A stretch of DNA of 64,000 nucleotides from NCBI RefSeq assembly GCF_006345805.1, contig NC_043003.1, forward strand, positions 115,072,001-115,136,000, given 5' to 3'. A model generated the notes under the pieces. That model was not told the origin of the DNA, did no database searches, and saw nothing but the letters and a program-made list of their open reading frames with translations. Source of the stretch: Octopus sinensis (Eukaryota). Below are positions 28,061 through 42,035 of the stretch, piece by piece. How positions within the stretch are numbered: position 1 is the stretch's first letter; every line of letters begins with the position of its first letter. Both the position numbers and the translations under genes were made by a program.

Positions 28061-28443
28061 GGAAGCACTCCGTCGGTTACGACGATGAGGGTTCCGGTTG
28101 ATCCGAATCAACGGAACAGCCTGCTCGTGAAATTAACGTGTAAGTGGCTGAGCACTCCACAGACACGTGTACCCTTAACGTAGTTCTCGGGGATATTCAG
28201 CGTGACACAGAGAGTGACAAGGCCAGCCCTTTGAAATACAGGTACAACAGAAACAGGAAGTAAGAGTGAGAGAAAGTTGTGGTGAAAGAGTATAGCAGGG
28301 ATCACCACCATCCTCTGCCGGAGCCTCGTGGAGCTTTTAGGTGTTTTCGCTCAATAAACACTCACAACGCCCGGTCTGGGAATCGAAACCGCAATCCTAT
28401 GACCGCGAGTCTGCTGCCCTAACCACTGGGCCATTGCACCTCC
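28061..28443 (-). mobile_element. SINE family B, tail type 2
   Basis: Near-identical to 25209-25574. Confidence 0.9.
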
Positions 28444-29108
28444 TTGTTCTTCGATACTGAGGCTAACAAACCGACATTGCACAGCCGTCGTCTACATTCG
28501 GCAATTACTTACGTCTTCAAGAAGCTGGAACCAAAACAATAAATTCAACAACACCATGAACTTATATTTGGATGTTGGGTCATTATTTCTCTTTACACCT
28601 TATAAGGCTTACTATTGAGGACACTATGATCAAAATATATTTCCTGCTTTGTGTCCGAACTGTTCCGAAACAACTTCAAGAGGTATTATTACGTGATTAT
28701 TGCTTCTATTTATAGCCACATAAACCATTCCAAAACATGGTTTTTAGAAACATTCAACTGTAGCAGCCGATGACAATCGTAGTACAAGGTTTACACATTA
28801 GCAACAAAAGTAATATCCTACATTTAAATACACAGTTACACAATTGTACAAAAAATTCTATACTAAATACTATCTTCTTCATGCAAAGGACACTTTTGAA
28901 GAATTTCGTCTGTCTGCAAAAAAAAAAATCACTTTGTTGATTTTTAAAATAGAATTTGTATGATTTTTTTCTCTTGAATACATACTTTTTAATGAATTTT
29001 TGAAAACTACAGAATAAAATTTCTATTCAGTATTATTTCAAAGTTATTCTGCGAGTTGAAAGTGAATACAACTTTTTGTTTTTATATGGTTTTTGTAAAC
29101 CAATGCAT

Positions 29109-29124
29109 ATGCATATCAATCTAT

Positions 29125-29208
<84 letters not shown>

Positions 29209-29237
29209 TTATTTATCTATCTATCTATCTATCTATA

Positions 29238-29304
<67 letters not shown>

Positions 29305-29305
29305 A

Positions 29306-29360
<55 letters not shown>

Positions 29361-29389
29361 TTATTTATCTATCTATCTATCTATCTATA

Positions 29390-29452
<63 letters not shown>

Positions 29453-29453
29453 A

Positions 29454-29504
<51 letters not shown>

Positions 29505-29521
29505 TTATTTATCTATCTATC

Positions 29522-29575
<54 letters not shown>

Positions 29576-29579
29576 TTAT

Positions 29580-29616
<37 letters not shown>

Positions 29617-29620
29617 CATC
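29109..29620. repeat. (TATC)n microsatellite of about 510 bp
   Basis: Directly visible. It explains the YLSI-repeat ORFs. Confidence 0.98.
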
Positions 29621-29734
29621 TCTCTCTCTCTATATATATATATACATATACATACATATATATACAGAGAGAGAGGGGGGGAGATATATATATACATCTA
29701 ATGTATATATGCCCTTATTTTATAAGTTTATATA

Positions 29735-29787
29735 TATATATATGTATATTTATATATACACATACATATATAATATATATATATATA

Positions 29788-29835
<48 letters not shown>

Positions 29836-30245
29836 CATATTTGTGTGTGTGTGTGTGTACACATTTTATACAATTAGAAACGACAATAAATTTGAATAGA
29901 GTTCGTTATATATAGGAAATTTCCATTCCTCTATACCCTAAACACACTCGAAAAACATATTCTTACGCATCATTGAAACAGTCTGTATGTATTAGTTCCA
30001 AAATGAAAACACAGCAACACTGAGTACATACATCAATACACCCACATTGCACATGAAGAGACATACTGCATAAAATATACCGTATATCGTATTTATCTGC
30101 AAATATAAATGTATTTTCTTTCATAAAATATGTACCTCTGCGTCATGTATTTATATAAACTTATAAAATTCATATGTATCTACGCTTTTAATTTACATAA
30201 GTCCATACATACACATGCGGTGGGTCAGATAAACAAATGCACACA

Positions 30246-30295
<50 letters not shown>

Positions 30296-31257
30296 ACACA
30301 CATATATACATACATAGAAACGCATACATATTTACGTAATCACACACATATATGCGTGGTTATATGCTTGTGTTGAACCGTATATTATGCCAGTACACAC
30401 ACACGAGCGTATATATTTATAAATATGTATGTGTGTGAGTGTGTGTATATATATATATGTATATATATATATATCTATATATATATATATATATATATAA
30501 ACATATGTATGTATGTATACCTATGCATAGATATGTATAAGATACACATTTTTATGAGCGTACGCAAATTTGCATTATATATATTTCTGCATATATATAT
30601 ATATATATATAGATATATATATATATATTATAATATATATATATATATATATATACATACATATTTGTGTGTGTGTGTGTGTACACATTTTATACAATTA
30701 GAAACGACAATAAATTTGAATAGAGTTCGTTATATATAGGAATTTCCATTCCTCTATACCCTAAACACACTCGAAAAACATATTCTTACGCATCATTGAA
30801 ACAGTCTGTATGTATTAGTTCCAAAATGAAAACACAGCAACACTGAGTACATACATCAATACACCCACATTGCACATGAAGAGACATACTGCATAAAATA
30901 TACCGTATATCGTATTTATCTGCAAATATAAATGTATTTTCTTTCATAAAATATGTACCTCTGCGTCATGTATTTATATAAACTTATAAAATTCATATGT
31001 ATCTACGCTTTTAATTTACATAAGTCCATACATACACATGCGGTGGGTCAGATAAACAAATGCACACACTCACACACACACACACACACACACATACACA
31101 CACACCACACACATATATACATACATAGAAACGCATACATATTTACGTAATCACACACATATATGCGTGGTTATATGCTTGTGTTGAACCGTCCTATTAT
31201 GCCAGTACACACACACGAGCGTATATATTTATAAATATGTATGTGTGTGAGTGTGTG

Positions 31258-31289
<32 letters not shown>

Positions 31290-31384
31290 TATATAAACAT
31301 ATGTATGTATGTATACCTATGCATAGATATGTATAAGATACACATTTTTATGAGCGTACGCAAATTTGCATTTATATATATTTC

Positions 31385-31432
<48 letters not shown>

Positions 31433-31520
31433 ATGTATACATATATATATGTATATGCATATGTATATATATATATATAGATATATATATATATGTATAT
31501 TTATATATACACATACATAT
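29735..31520. repeat. Tandem duplication, period about 824 bp, about 2.1 copies
   Basis: tagagttcgttatatatagg occurs at 29897 and 30721. The unique sequence between the microsatellites is almost identical in both units. Confidence 0.92.
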
Positions 31521-31558
31521 ATAATATATATATATGTATATATAAGTATGTATGTATG

Positions 31559-31611
<53 letters not shown>

Positions 31612-33103
31612 CATACACATATATATGTGTACGTTCCTGTGTGTATCTATACGTATATACATTTGATCAGTATATGTGTGTCGTGTGTCTGTGTGAAATT
31701 GCGTATGTGGTGCTTTATAATATATAATCTGACAAAAAACTGCTGATGAAAAACTCAATGAATGCAAAATATATTCAAAGACATGTTCACAAAGGTGGAT
31801 GCGAGTGTTTTGCTTTTTTATATTCCTTATTGTTTTATACATCTGTTGTTGTTTCATTTGATAATATCGTTGAAATTTCTGTGAAACTTCCACCAAAGTT
31901 TTCTATTTAGTTTTTTTTTGTTTTCTCTATAGCTGAATGCTTGCGAGAACATTTTCATATTCCTTTACATATTTAGATATTTTATTTTAGTATACTACAG
32001 TTGTATTGAGTTATTCAATCGTACTATGTATGATTGTACACCTTTTCCTTTAAATTACGAATGTACAGGTAAAGTTCTTTCAAGTGTTCATATGAGGAAG
32101 GTGCTCGGTCATAACACAGAATCAATGCTCCACCACTGGATCGCGTGTGACAAACTTTTAATTGTTATACATGGAACATTATAAATGACTTACATATCTC
32201 AACTGTTCCTCTTACAGATACTAAAAAACTGTCTCCTGGCTATTTTACCCCAGAAATTGATAGCTTTCCGATTATTTCATTTTATGTGTGTATCACTTGC
32301 TGTTGATTTCCCATGTATTAACGCTTGAGTATTACACATTCCTCGAACCTATTCTCGCCTCGGAAATACATCAGATATCGCACGCTCCAACATCAAAAAT
32401 ACGATATCATCCCTTTCCTCTACCGGTATGAAAACATTTGGTCTTTTGAGCCATCCATATTGTATCTTCTGGGATAACAAGGTGATAAAGAAGTATTATA
32501 CATAATTACTTCAAACACGCGGGACGAAAGACAAAGAAGATTCACTTCCCTACCCGTTTTGAGCAGGACATTTCTTGATGAAGTTTGAATAGCGTGGAGA
32601 CTTCTAATCAAGCTTTTCCATCGAGAGTGAGTTGTTGTTTTGTTCGTCTTCGTATTAAACGGCTCATATTATGATACAACAGTATAACTTTAGAAAGCCC
32701 AGCGTCCTGCCTCAATGCGTTTTTGTATGTTTAATGCAATATTTCTTTTTGTAGTTATTGTGCAGACGAGGGAAGCCAAATGGATGTTCCAACGATGACC
32801 ACAGTCATCAAGAGATAGAAGCCGAACGCACAAACAAAATAAAAATTATTAAGTGTTGCTGAGAGTACATTTGTTGCAACCTAGGAATGCATTGTGGACG
32901 TTCTGAAATATATTGTTTCGGATCATCGATCAGATAATTATGTTGGGGCCACTGCATCAACCGCTCTCGTGGTCTACGATCCTACATGTTCTAGCATATT
33001 TCTGTTTATATGCAGTAATGAAAATATGTGACTGGAAATTATCAGGCAACATCCATTCTACTTTTCTAAATCTCTCAGTGAGATTTATGCAGTAGCAGCA
33101 CGA

Positions 33104-33548
33104 TAAAGTGATAGTATGTTGTCATCTTGATATGGCAGTGCCATGAAAGGACATAATACTTCTGTTATTTAGCCCGAAGAAACACCGTTTCATGTTGGAC
33201 TTGACACATTTCCTGTGTCCTTATGTTTTCAAAGTGGAGACAAGCATCTCCACCCAGACAAGTCAGCATCCAGAGACTAGTTTCTGTGTCATTGCTCATA
33301 ATCAGACTGGAGTAGGTATCGATAGCTATCAAGTTATGCTACACCACACTGATGATGAACAATGACTGAAACTAGTTTCTGGATGCTGACTTTTCTGGGT
33401 GGAGATGCTTGTCTACACTTTGAAAATATAAGGACACAGGAAAAGTGTCAAGTCCAACAGGAAACGGTGTTTCCAAGAGCTAAATAACAGTAGCGTTCTA
33501 CCATTTCATGGGACTGTCGCATTAAGATAACAATATACTATCACTTTA
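33104..33548. repeat. Fold-back with about 200-bp diverged arms and a 43-bp spacer, with hammerhead-like motifs at the inner ends
   Basis: 33104-33305 is the reverse complement of 33349-33548. CTGATGA...GAAACTAGT is present in the right arm (+) and, as CTGATTA, in the left arm (-). Confidence 0.88.
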
Positions 33549-34853
33549 ACACCCATTTTATTACAGATAAGTTCCCAAAGATATGTATCAAGAATGAAGG
33601 AAGAGGCTGTTTTGAAGCCTCTGGATTAGATGTAATAAATCATGGACAATAACCGTGAAGTGAATAACTCAATGAAAGCGAGAAAAACTGAACAAAAATC
33701 TGGCAATAAGAAAAACAAGTATATTTGTCGTACATGTTTTTCACGTCTGATATATCGAACAAATTCGCAGAAGAAGTTATTAATCAATTCTTACACAGAA
33801 ATAGTGATATGCACTTCCGGTGGTATATATCAAAATGAATGTAATATTTATATTAGAACTACATCATAGACATATAGTAGATGTTATGTGATAATTCGGC
33901 TTAAGTAAAATAGCAGATAAATCTTCCTTGTTTGTCAATGTAACGGCTTGTGTAATCAAATTCTAGGGGCGATATGTCCAACAAACAACAAATCGGATGA
34001 ATGCAAGAGTAACAGTTTTGTACCTATAATTTTTATATCAAAGATTACCAAAGAACAAAGAGAACACCAAAAATACATATACTGTCTTGTGAAAGAGCGC
34101 TTATATTTTACAATAGCTACGGAATCCATTGATGAGATACAGCCTCAGACTCATATGCAGAGGTATATGATATTTTATGCTCTACACCCACCAAAAATAT
34201 ATGATATCATCTCAATATTAGAAATCCATTTAACCAAATAAGTGATTGTTTTTTATCCTAATTATCAGCATTTTCACAGGATGAACATTATTAGTATCGT
34301 TAAAATTCTTTTTGTTACAATTGGCATGTAGACAAGGTCAAGACATGTAGAATTTTGAAATTTAATTTCAGATCGTGTATATACCTCTGAAGTCAAACAT
34401 AGTGATAAATTGAGAAAAAGCACAATTTTGAGCAATATTTTATTTAAAAAACAAACAAAAATGGTGATTTAATAACACGATATAAATTCACTGCGTTATT
34501 AATATTTATTTTTAAAATAATTAATATTTAAATATTTGGTTTTCTTTGCTAGTGACAATAATAAGAAACAAACAAAAACAACTTATTAGCATCTAACAAT
34601 ATGTTGATATAAAGATTAAGTTTAATATTTCTAATCGCATTCCATCGTAAATATTTCTTTTTCAGAAATATATGAAATTAAGATGCAAAGCTTCCTGTTC
34701 AAAATTGAGAAACAACACATATATAGATATATATATATATATAGATATATATATAGATATATATATTATATATATCATATATATATATATATAATATATC
34801 TATTATATATATATAATATATATATCTATATATAGATAGAATATATACATACA

Positions 34854-34885
<32 letters not shown>

Positions 34886-35573
34886 ATATAATATATTATA
34901 TATATATCTATATATATATATATATCTATATTGTTATATATATATGTATATATATATATATCTATATTGATATAAATATCATATATTCATATTAATTAGT
35001 TACTGGATTTTACGTTTGGTAAATTGTAGAAGCGTTCTCCAATGCCAATTATCCAATCAACTAATCAATCTCTCCAGATTCTAATCAAAGTCGGAATCCC
35101 CTTATATAGGTGTAGATAAGAACACATAAGCACATACACAGACACATTCCACATATAAATAAATGAATCCTGCTTCGCACCTCTTACATGCAAATACTTG
35201 ACAAGCTGCAATGCCGTAACATCCTGGCTTTCAATTTCACACACATTCAATGATTCATCATTGTTTTACACTTAGCAATGTCTTACGTTCTCGTACTGTC
35301 TCTCACCCATTCTTCAGAAAGTACGCTAGAAACTTTACACCAACCACCTCACCATTACAACTCTTCTGTCCTCCACATGGCTCTATAAATGCTCACAACA
35401 TTATATGGTCTATTGTCATTCTAGTGTCCAAGACGCGCATTCCCACGAACATTCAAACATGCAAAATACTTATGGCTTTATCTATCTATCATTATATCGA
35501 TCTCTCTATTTACTTATCTATCAATCTATCTATCTATCTATCGATATAATATATATATATATAATATATATAT

Positions 35574-35605
<32 letters not shown>

Positions 35606-35644
35606 ATACATACAACAAAATATCACACACAATTATATATATAT

Positions 35645-35676
<32 letters not shown>

Positions 35677-35679
35677 ATA

Positions 35680-35795
35680 ATAGGGAAAGTTACGAAAAAC
35701 AAAAAGACGAAGACAGGTGGTGTACAAAACAAACAGAGGTATTAGTATAGCGCTCGGAATAGAAAGCCTTTATTTTACGTTTCGAGCTACTCATT
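35680..35795 (-). mobile_element. Fragment of repeat family F (homologous to 58299-58496)
   Basis: aaagacgaagacaggtggtgtacaaaacaaacag..gtattagtatagcgctc..ttttacgtttcgagc is the reverse complement of the 58385-58490 segment. Confidence 0.75.
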
Positions 35796-35993
35796 TCTGC
35801 AGCAATCGAAATGGGGGGGGCAACGCGAAATAAAGTGTCTCGCTCAAGAATACAACAAACAACATTGTTCAGGAATAAAACTAACTCCGGACCGTAACAG
35901 TGATGCACAAACCACTCAGCCATGAGCGTCTACATGTATATATATATATACATACAAACATATATACATACAAACATATATATATATATATAT

Positions 35994-36238
35994 ACAACTT
36001 ATAATCAAGCGCAAAAGAAAATTATTTCTATGCCAATATGTTGATAACAGATTTTTAAATCGTCAATTTCCACATATTACTTACTCGCTACAGAAAATAC
36101 GTAGAGCTGAAATCGAGGAAAGCTAACCAACAGGATTTTCTGTAGCGAGTAAATAATATGTGGAAATTGACGATTTAAAGTCTGTTATCAGCATATTGGG
36201 CATAGAAATAAGTTTCTTTTGCCTTGTTTATAAGTTGT
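35994..36238. repeat. Fold-back with about 105-bp arms and a 36-bp spacer, between (TA)n arrays
   Basis: acaacttataatcaagcgcaaaag...gctacagaaaat (35994-36098) mirrors attttctgtagc...cttttgccttgtttataagttgt (36135-36238). Confidence 0.9.
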
Positions 36239-36320
36239 TATAAATTTTTACCTTAAGGTTATTTAATATGCTGCCACATTTTTTGATGAAATTTTTCTGT
36301 AAAAATTTCATCTATATATA

Positions 36321-36376
<56 letters not shown>

Positions 36377-37440
36377 AAATATATATACACAGAGATACAA
36401 CATATATATATATGCATGCATGTATTTCCACGTAATTATATTTAATATATTAAATCATTCAATGTTTCGAAACGGCAGTAACCCATTATAGTGATCGATA
36501 TGTATGTGTGGCATACGTATCAGCTCATTCATCACTCGGCCGGAATATATATAAAGAGATTAAGTGCTCCCTCTTACATATAAATTGTACACACACTTCA
36601 TCATTTTTTAAGCCATATGTCCTAGTTAAAGACTAGCAGTGAAAGATGGAGGAGCATTTCATTTTTCTTTCGCTAGAGAATATGGTAATTGTGTCCCCGA
36701 AGTGTAACATCATTGAACTACATGAGAAAACGGAAACTATCAAGCAAAGATATCCATCCGATGCACTGGAAAAAAAAAGAGGAAAACGGTAGAAGTTAAA
36801 ATTTGAACCGGGATCACTGAAATCCATTTCGTTGTACCTTTGCAGTCCAAACTCTACATACGATAAAGAAGCTAATATTTCTCAGTAACACTTGTCCCGT
36901 TTCAAATATTTCTGATGACTATGTTAGAGCGAATGTAAATAATTTGTCAGTGTCTTTATAGTTGCGTAGAAAATGTAGAATATTATTCAATATTAACCGT
37001 GAGTCATCCAACTATCCTCAAATACAACTTTTCGGAAAAATGCCAAGAAATGCCAATTCTCCATAAAACGCTGTAATATTATTGAAGTTGTATTTCATGC
37101 ACGCGTTCAACGCAGTTCAAATACAAACATCTGAAAATGCGGCTGACATTCTCTTTAAATCGAAAGGTAGATAAATCAACATCTTGAGTAATCGGTACAT
37201 TTGTGTGTTCGCGACGGCATTAGCTTCGAAGTTATAGATACTCTGCTATTCGTTAAAAGGGGCTATAACGCTGCTCTCAAAGTGGTTTCACAGTCTTGAA
37301 AAATCGGGGAAATTGTCGTCTTGCGAATTGCTTTACATATGTATGGATACTCATCAGCTAAAAATGTTTATCGTTGAAACCAAAGATTTAATGTTATAAC
37401 ATTGCAATTCCAGCTGGGTTAGAAGAAAAAGGATTATTCT

Positions 37441-37551
37441 GATAGAATAAATACTGGGCTTACAAAGACTAAGTCTTGGGGTCTATTTGATTCGACTAAA
37501 GGCGGTGCTCCAGTATGGCCACAGTCAAATGGCTGAAACAAGTAAAGAAAA
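37441..37551 (+). mobile_element. 3' fragment of SINE family A
   Basis: gatagaataaatactgggcttacaaag...cgactaaaggcggtgctccag...gaaacaagtaaag. Confidence 0.8.
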
Positions 37552-38148
37552 GAATTTCACTAAGGAATGTGGTGTTTGAAAGCGTTAATAAAGGAATGCG
37601 TTGTGTGTGTGTGTGTGTGTAAGAGTGGATTGGAGTGGGGGTGGAAATACTTGGAGGGGTGAGATATCAACATTTATTAACTCTAAGATCGGAAAAGAAG
37701 AGGGAATAACTATAAGACTTCCAGTTGGATGAGTCTGCTTCGATTGCTACTTGGTTTGCTGTGTAGATGTATAATGCTAGCCGAATAAAGATGAGTGATG
37801 TGTGGAGTCTGGTCCCTCGCACAACAGCACGTACCATCCTTTGCCAAACGTAGCGAAGCTCCAAGTATTATTATTGAGACGGGTGCAGCTTGAGCTTCTT
37901 AATGTGAAGACCTTAATACAACAAATGAAAATAAGAATTAATAAAAATGATACAAGGAAAACCAATAAATATGCACTCGAATTGATTGACTGAAATCACA
38001 AATGAAGGAGGGCAAAGAGAGAAACAAGTCAACGAATAAACCAATTAAGTGAAAAGAAATGGCGGGATGTATGAAAAAATATATAATGTAGGTGAATAAT
38101 GAAATAATTGAAAATAGATATAGTAAATTAGGATTGACCCAAAACATA

Positions 38149-38193
<45 letters not shown>

Positions 38194-38574
38194 AGGGGAG
38201 GGGAAGAGAGAAAATTATAATATATATATATATATACACACATTCACACATATCTATTTATACATATATGGGGTTATATATATTTTCTGTTATTACTTTT
38301 AGTCATGCGTTTGCTTACGTTTTCTTCTGTCGTTTGTAGCAGAAAAAAAAAGTTCTTAAAATGTTATTGAATATTTTTAATCATATCTTCAGCGACGTCT
38401 AAATCACGAAGTGGTTAATCAATATTTCTCCGTTCTCCGAGAGCTTTTCTATGATTTGTGAGTTGGTGAGTGTGTTGTATTTGGACCAGCTTCTCATTGA
38501 AACAGCTCCTGCCTTGCGCTTCATTGGTTAATCACAAGCTGCCTTGGGAAGTCGCATTATTATTGTGGATAAAT

Positions 38575-38623
<49 letters not shown>

Positions 38624-38670
38624 GTGAGGTCTTTTTGTGTGTATGTGTGCAAATATATTCTTTTTTTCTT

Positions 38671-38794
38671 CTCTTTTTTACTTGCTTCAGTCATTTGACT
38701 GTGGCCATGCTGGAGCACCATCTTTAGTCGAGCAAATCGACCACAGGACTTATTCTTTGTAAGCCTAGTACTTATTCTATCGGACTCTTTTGCC
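38671..38794 (-). mobile_element. 3' fragment of SINE family A
   Basis: ttacttgcttcagtcatttgactgtggccatgctggagcacc...cttattctatcgg. Confidence 0.8.
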
Positions 38795-39378
38795 TATTCG
38801 TTACTCACTCCTTCTTCACTCATTATCTATTTGACTGAATTATTAAATCAATAACTCACTCTACTTCACAACGGATCATTTTTCTCTAATGGTATCGATT
38901 GTTTTAACTTTGTAATTTGTTATCGATTCCTCATGGCATTTGTCTTTTCTTTTTCTTCTTCATCATCACGTATTACTCTTATGGCTGTTCCTTTTGCTTA
39001 CCTCTAACTCTGTGTTGTTAATTTACATTTGCTCTATTACTATATCAAGTGCCATCCATACTGTGGATGCGCAACCTATCTACACTGGATTGAAAAACAG
39101 AGATTTTGGGCTCCTTCGTAGCTTACTTTTAATTTTTAGTTAATTACTTCAGAACCGCACAACATTCTGCCTTCTATCAAATACAGGCTTTGGACACATG
39201 CTTTATAAATAGAACAAACGAGGTGGCCAGAGCCTAGAGTTTGTTAGAATACACAGGACAGATAATGAATATCACGTGTCTCAATGGTGAGAAACTATTG
39301 GAAGAATTTATACTTTTAAGTCAATACGTTGTACGTGATAGATATACATGTATATATATATATAGATATATTACTATA

Positions 39379-39410
<32 letters not shown>

Positions 39411-39527
39411 ATATATAGTAGAAATATGTTACGAAAAGAAATATAAAATACACGTGGAAATGTAAGGGTAAATTATTGCAGATAGAAAAGAGCTATTTAT
39501 GACAGGTAGTGACAAATATATACATTT

Positions 39528-39570
<43 letters not shown>

Positions 39571-39620
39571 TATAATATATATATATATATATATACTATA
39601 TGTTACATTACTCGGTAGTC

Positions 39621-39681
39621 AGATAAAACTCTGAGTTTCAGATGCCGAAGTGGAAATCCACAACACCATCTCTTCGGTATC
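39621..39681 (-). ncRNA. Inverted copy of the PLE hammerhead motif (stem I shortened at the junction)
   Basis: The - strand reads gata-CCGAAGA-gatg..catc-t-GAAA-ctcagag-TT-ttatct. Confidence 0.55.
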
Positions 39682-40325
39682 GAATTGTGTAAACCTCGCT
39701 TTTTTCTTATTCTTAATAGCTTTAACCAGTCTACGACTTCTATACTATTGGACCATTGCACTAGCCTAGTATCGGTCTTAATTTTCGTATTTATTTTATC
39801 TAAAATTTCTTTGCTAATAATCCCAGTTCTGACTTGGCTGGGTTGATAAGCCTACATTTAGGGTTGGAAAGGAAGTTTTCTTTGTGATCTTTAATAGTAA
39901 AAAGGCCTCTTTTGGGGGAGGGTTTCTATTTTTTTTATCTATTTAAGTTTAGCGGCGATGACGCTAGCTTCTTTATTAATTTCGTTATATGTATGTGCCC
40001 TAGCCTTAGTATAATTATTAATGATGCTGTTGTGTAAGAGTTGTGTGTAATTGCTGTTATCTACCAGGTATAAGTTCTTGGTTTTTATCCGAAAAAAGTG
40101 CTTTTTTCTTGGAGCTTTTTATATGATTATATCTTTCTTCCAATTTATGTTGGAAATCGTTAAAAGACTTACGAAATTTTATTTTGCTCATGATCTTCAG
40201 CAGGTCCGCTTCGAAATCTTCCAAGCCTTTAATCCTAGGAGGGAATTTTTTGGATTTTATCCGATAGAAAATGTTTTCCTTGGTGTTCGCTTCTGTGTCA
40301 AAAAAGAAAGCCTTCCATCTCATAC
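39682..40325 (-). pseudogene. N-terminal half of the PLE RT ORF (inverted, frameshifted)
   Basis: The - strand reads KRMRWKAFFF...FEADLL...INKEASVIA...TIKDHKENFLSNPKCRLINPAKSELG..SKEILDKIN...RFTQF. Confidence 0.88.
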
Positions 40326-41401
40326 GCTTAGCAAAGAAATTTTAGATAAAATAAATACGAAAATTAAGACCGATACTAGGCTAGTGCAATGGTCCAATAG
40401 TATAGAAGTCGTAGACTGGTTTAAAGCTATTAAGAATAAGAAAAAAGCGAGGTTTACACAATTCGATATTGTTGATTTTTATGCCTCTATCTCTAAAGAA
40501 CTGCTAGATAAAGCCCTAATCTTCGCTAGTGACTTCATAGAAATTAGTACCAATGATAAGGATATAATCTTCCATCCTAGAAAGACATTACTTTTCAGTG
40601 AGAATGCAAAGTTGGTAAAAAACACCGACACGGAGGGCGCTTTCGATGTGAGCATGGGTTCATATGATGGGGCAGGCATCTGTGATCTAATTGGACTCTT
40701 TCTCCTAGATACCTTCGGTAAGACATTCCCTAACGTACATTTCGCCATCTACAAAGATGATGCCCTCGCCTTAACAGCTAATACAAATGGACCAGCACAA
40801 GATCGTTTTAGGAAGGATATTATCCAGTTAATGAAACACTTCGGACTTAGTATAACTATAGACACTAACCTGACGGTTGTCAATTTCTTAGACGTTTCCT
40901 TAGATCTTAATAATAATATTTATAAGCCTTATAGGAAGCCCAATGATAGACTAAGTTATATTAATGTAGGTTCATGCCATCCCCCTATAGTATTCAAAAA
41001 TTTAGTTAAAATATTAGTAAGAGGATTTCTAGCCTCTCATCTAATGAGGACATCTTCAATAGCGTTGCCCCAGTTTATAATAAAGCTTTAAAAGATAGTG
41101 GTTTTAGCGAAAAAATAAAATATACACCTATCACCAGCCCAACAGTAAGGAAAAGGAATAATAGAAATAGGAAGGGCATCTGGTTTACGCCCCCTTACTC
41201 ACCCGAGGTGGCCTTCAATATAGGTAAATATTTCCTAGCACTGATAGATAGACATTTTCCAGTTAACCATGCTTATAGGAAACTCTTCAACAGACACAAT
41301 TTAAAAATTAGTTTTTAGTTCAACTACCATTTTAAAAACATAATCAATCATAACATACAAAAAACACAAGAGAAAACAGCTGTTCATGCAGGAATAAAGA
41401 A
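40326..41401 (+). pseudogene. PLE reverse transcriptase core, thumb and linker (frameshifts near 41020 and 41325)
   Basis: LSKEILDKIN...QFDIVDFYASIS...MGSYDGAGICDLIGLFLL...YKDDAL...NFLDVSLDL...RKPND. A shifted frame continues NISKRISSLSSNEDIFN...WFTPPYS. The first 92 aa of the track ORF 40051-41091 are antisense of the N-terminus and not real. Confidence 0.9.
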
Positions 41402-41839
41402 TTGTGCCCGCTAAATGGAGCTTGCATGTCCAAGACCATCATATATGAAGCTACCGTAAACTCTATAACCACTAAAGACACCATTTCGACGAAGAAATAC
41501 GTGGGCCTGACAGAGGGTAATTTCAAGGCCAGGTTCAATAATCACACTTTGAGCTTTAGGCACTGGAACAAAAGAAAATCGACACAATTATCCAATCATA
41601 TTTGGTCTTTAAGAGATAAAGGTGTCGATTATAACATACAATGGAAGATTTTGGCCAGATGTAAGCCCTATACTAACGGCAGCGGAATGTGCGGTTTATG
41701 CGACATGGAGAGATGGCTTATCTGGAAAAGCAGCTTAGACCCTACCACATGTCTAAATACAAGGACAGAGCTTTTCGGATCATGCCCACATGTGACTAAA
41801 TTTCTGTTACGTTTTTGGTCCCCTAAAGAAAACGGATAG
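41402..41839 (+). CDS. GIY-YIG endonuclease domain of the PLE (open reading frame, C-terminal part of the disrupted polyprotein)
   Basis: CPLNGAC..IIYEATV...KYVGLTEGNFKARFNNH..SF...TQLSNHIW.L...CGLCDME...LNTRTEL..CPH. Confidence 0.9.
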   Translation: MCPLNGACMSKTIIYEATVNSITTKDTISTKKYVGLTEGNFKARFNNHTLSFRHWNKRKSTQLSNHIWSLRDKGVDYNIQWKILARCKPYTNGSGMCGLCDMERWLIWKSSLDPTTCLNTRTELFGSCPHVTKFLLRFWSPKENG

Positions 41840-42035
41840 AACATGCTTTCTGTGTTATGTCCCAAGAAGATTTTATATATTTTTATATATTTTTATATAT
41901 TTTTTTTGTATTTTTATATAATTTTTATGACGACAAATGCGAGCGATGTATAAGTACGCAGGCAAAGCAGAGTTATAACAGAGTAACTTCCCTTCATTTT
42001 TAACGGTATTTTTTTCATAACGTTTTCAAATAGCC

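Noticed and set aside
29056-29915. Long ORFs of 273 and 279 aa (YLSI repeats) and the many YI/IY, CV, TH, poly-L/S/I/M ORFs elsewhere
   Set aside because: They are translations of (TATC)n, (TA)n, (TG)n and trinucleotide microsatellites, which lack stop codons by construction.
36099-36134. CTGAAA...GAAAGCTA in the spacer of the 35994 fold-back
   Set aside because: The core is not CUGANGA and no stem I forms. Only suggestive.
37300-37365. ttttagCTGATGAgta on the - strand, similar to the 63221 hammerhead 5' half
   Set aside because: No convincing stem II, GAAA-stem III or matching stem I downstream. At best a decayed fragment.
40051-40325. N-terminal 92 aa of the 346-aa ORF
   Set aside because: It is the antisense of the true RT N-terminus, which lies on the - strand because of the inversion.
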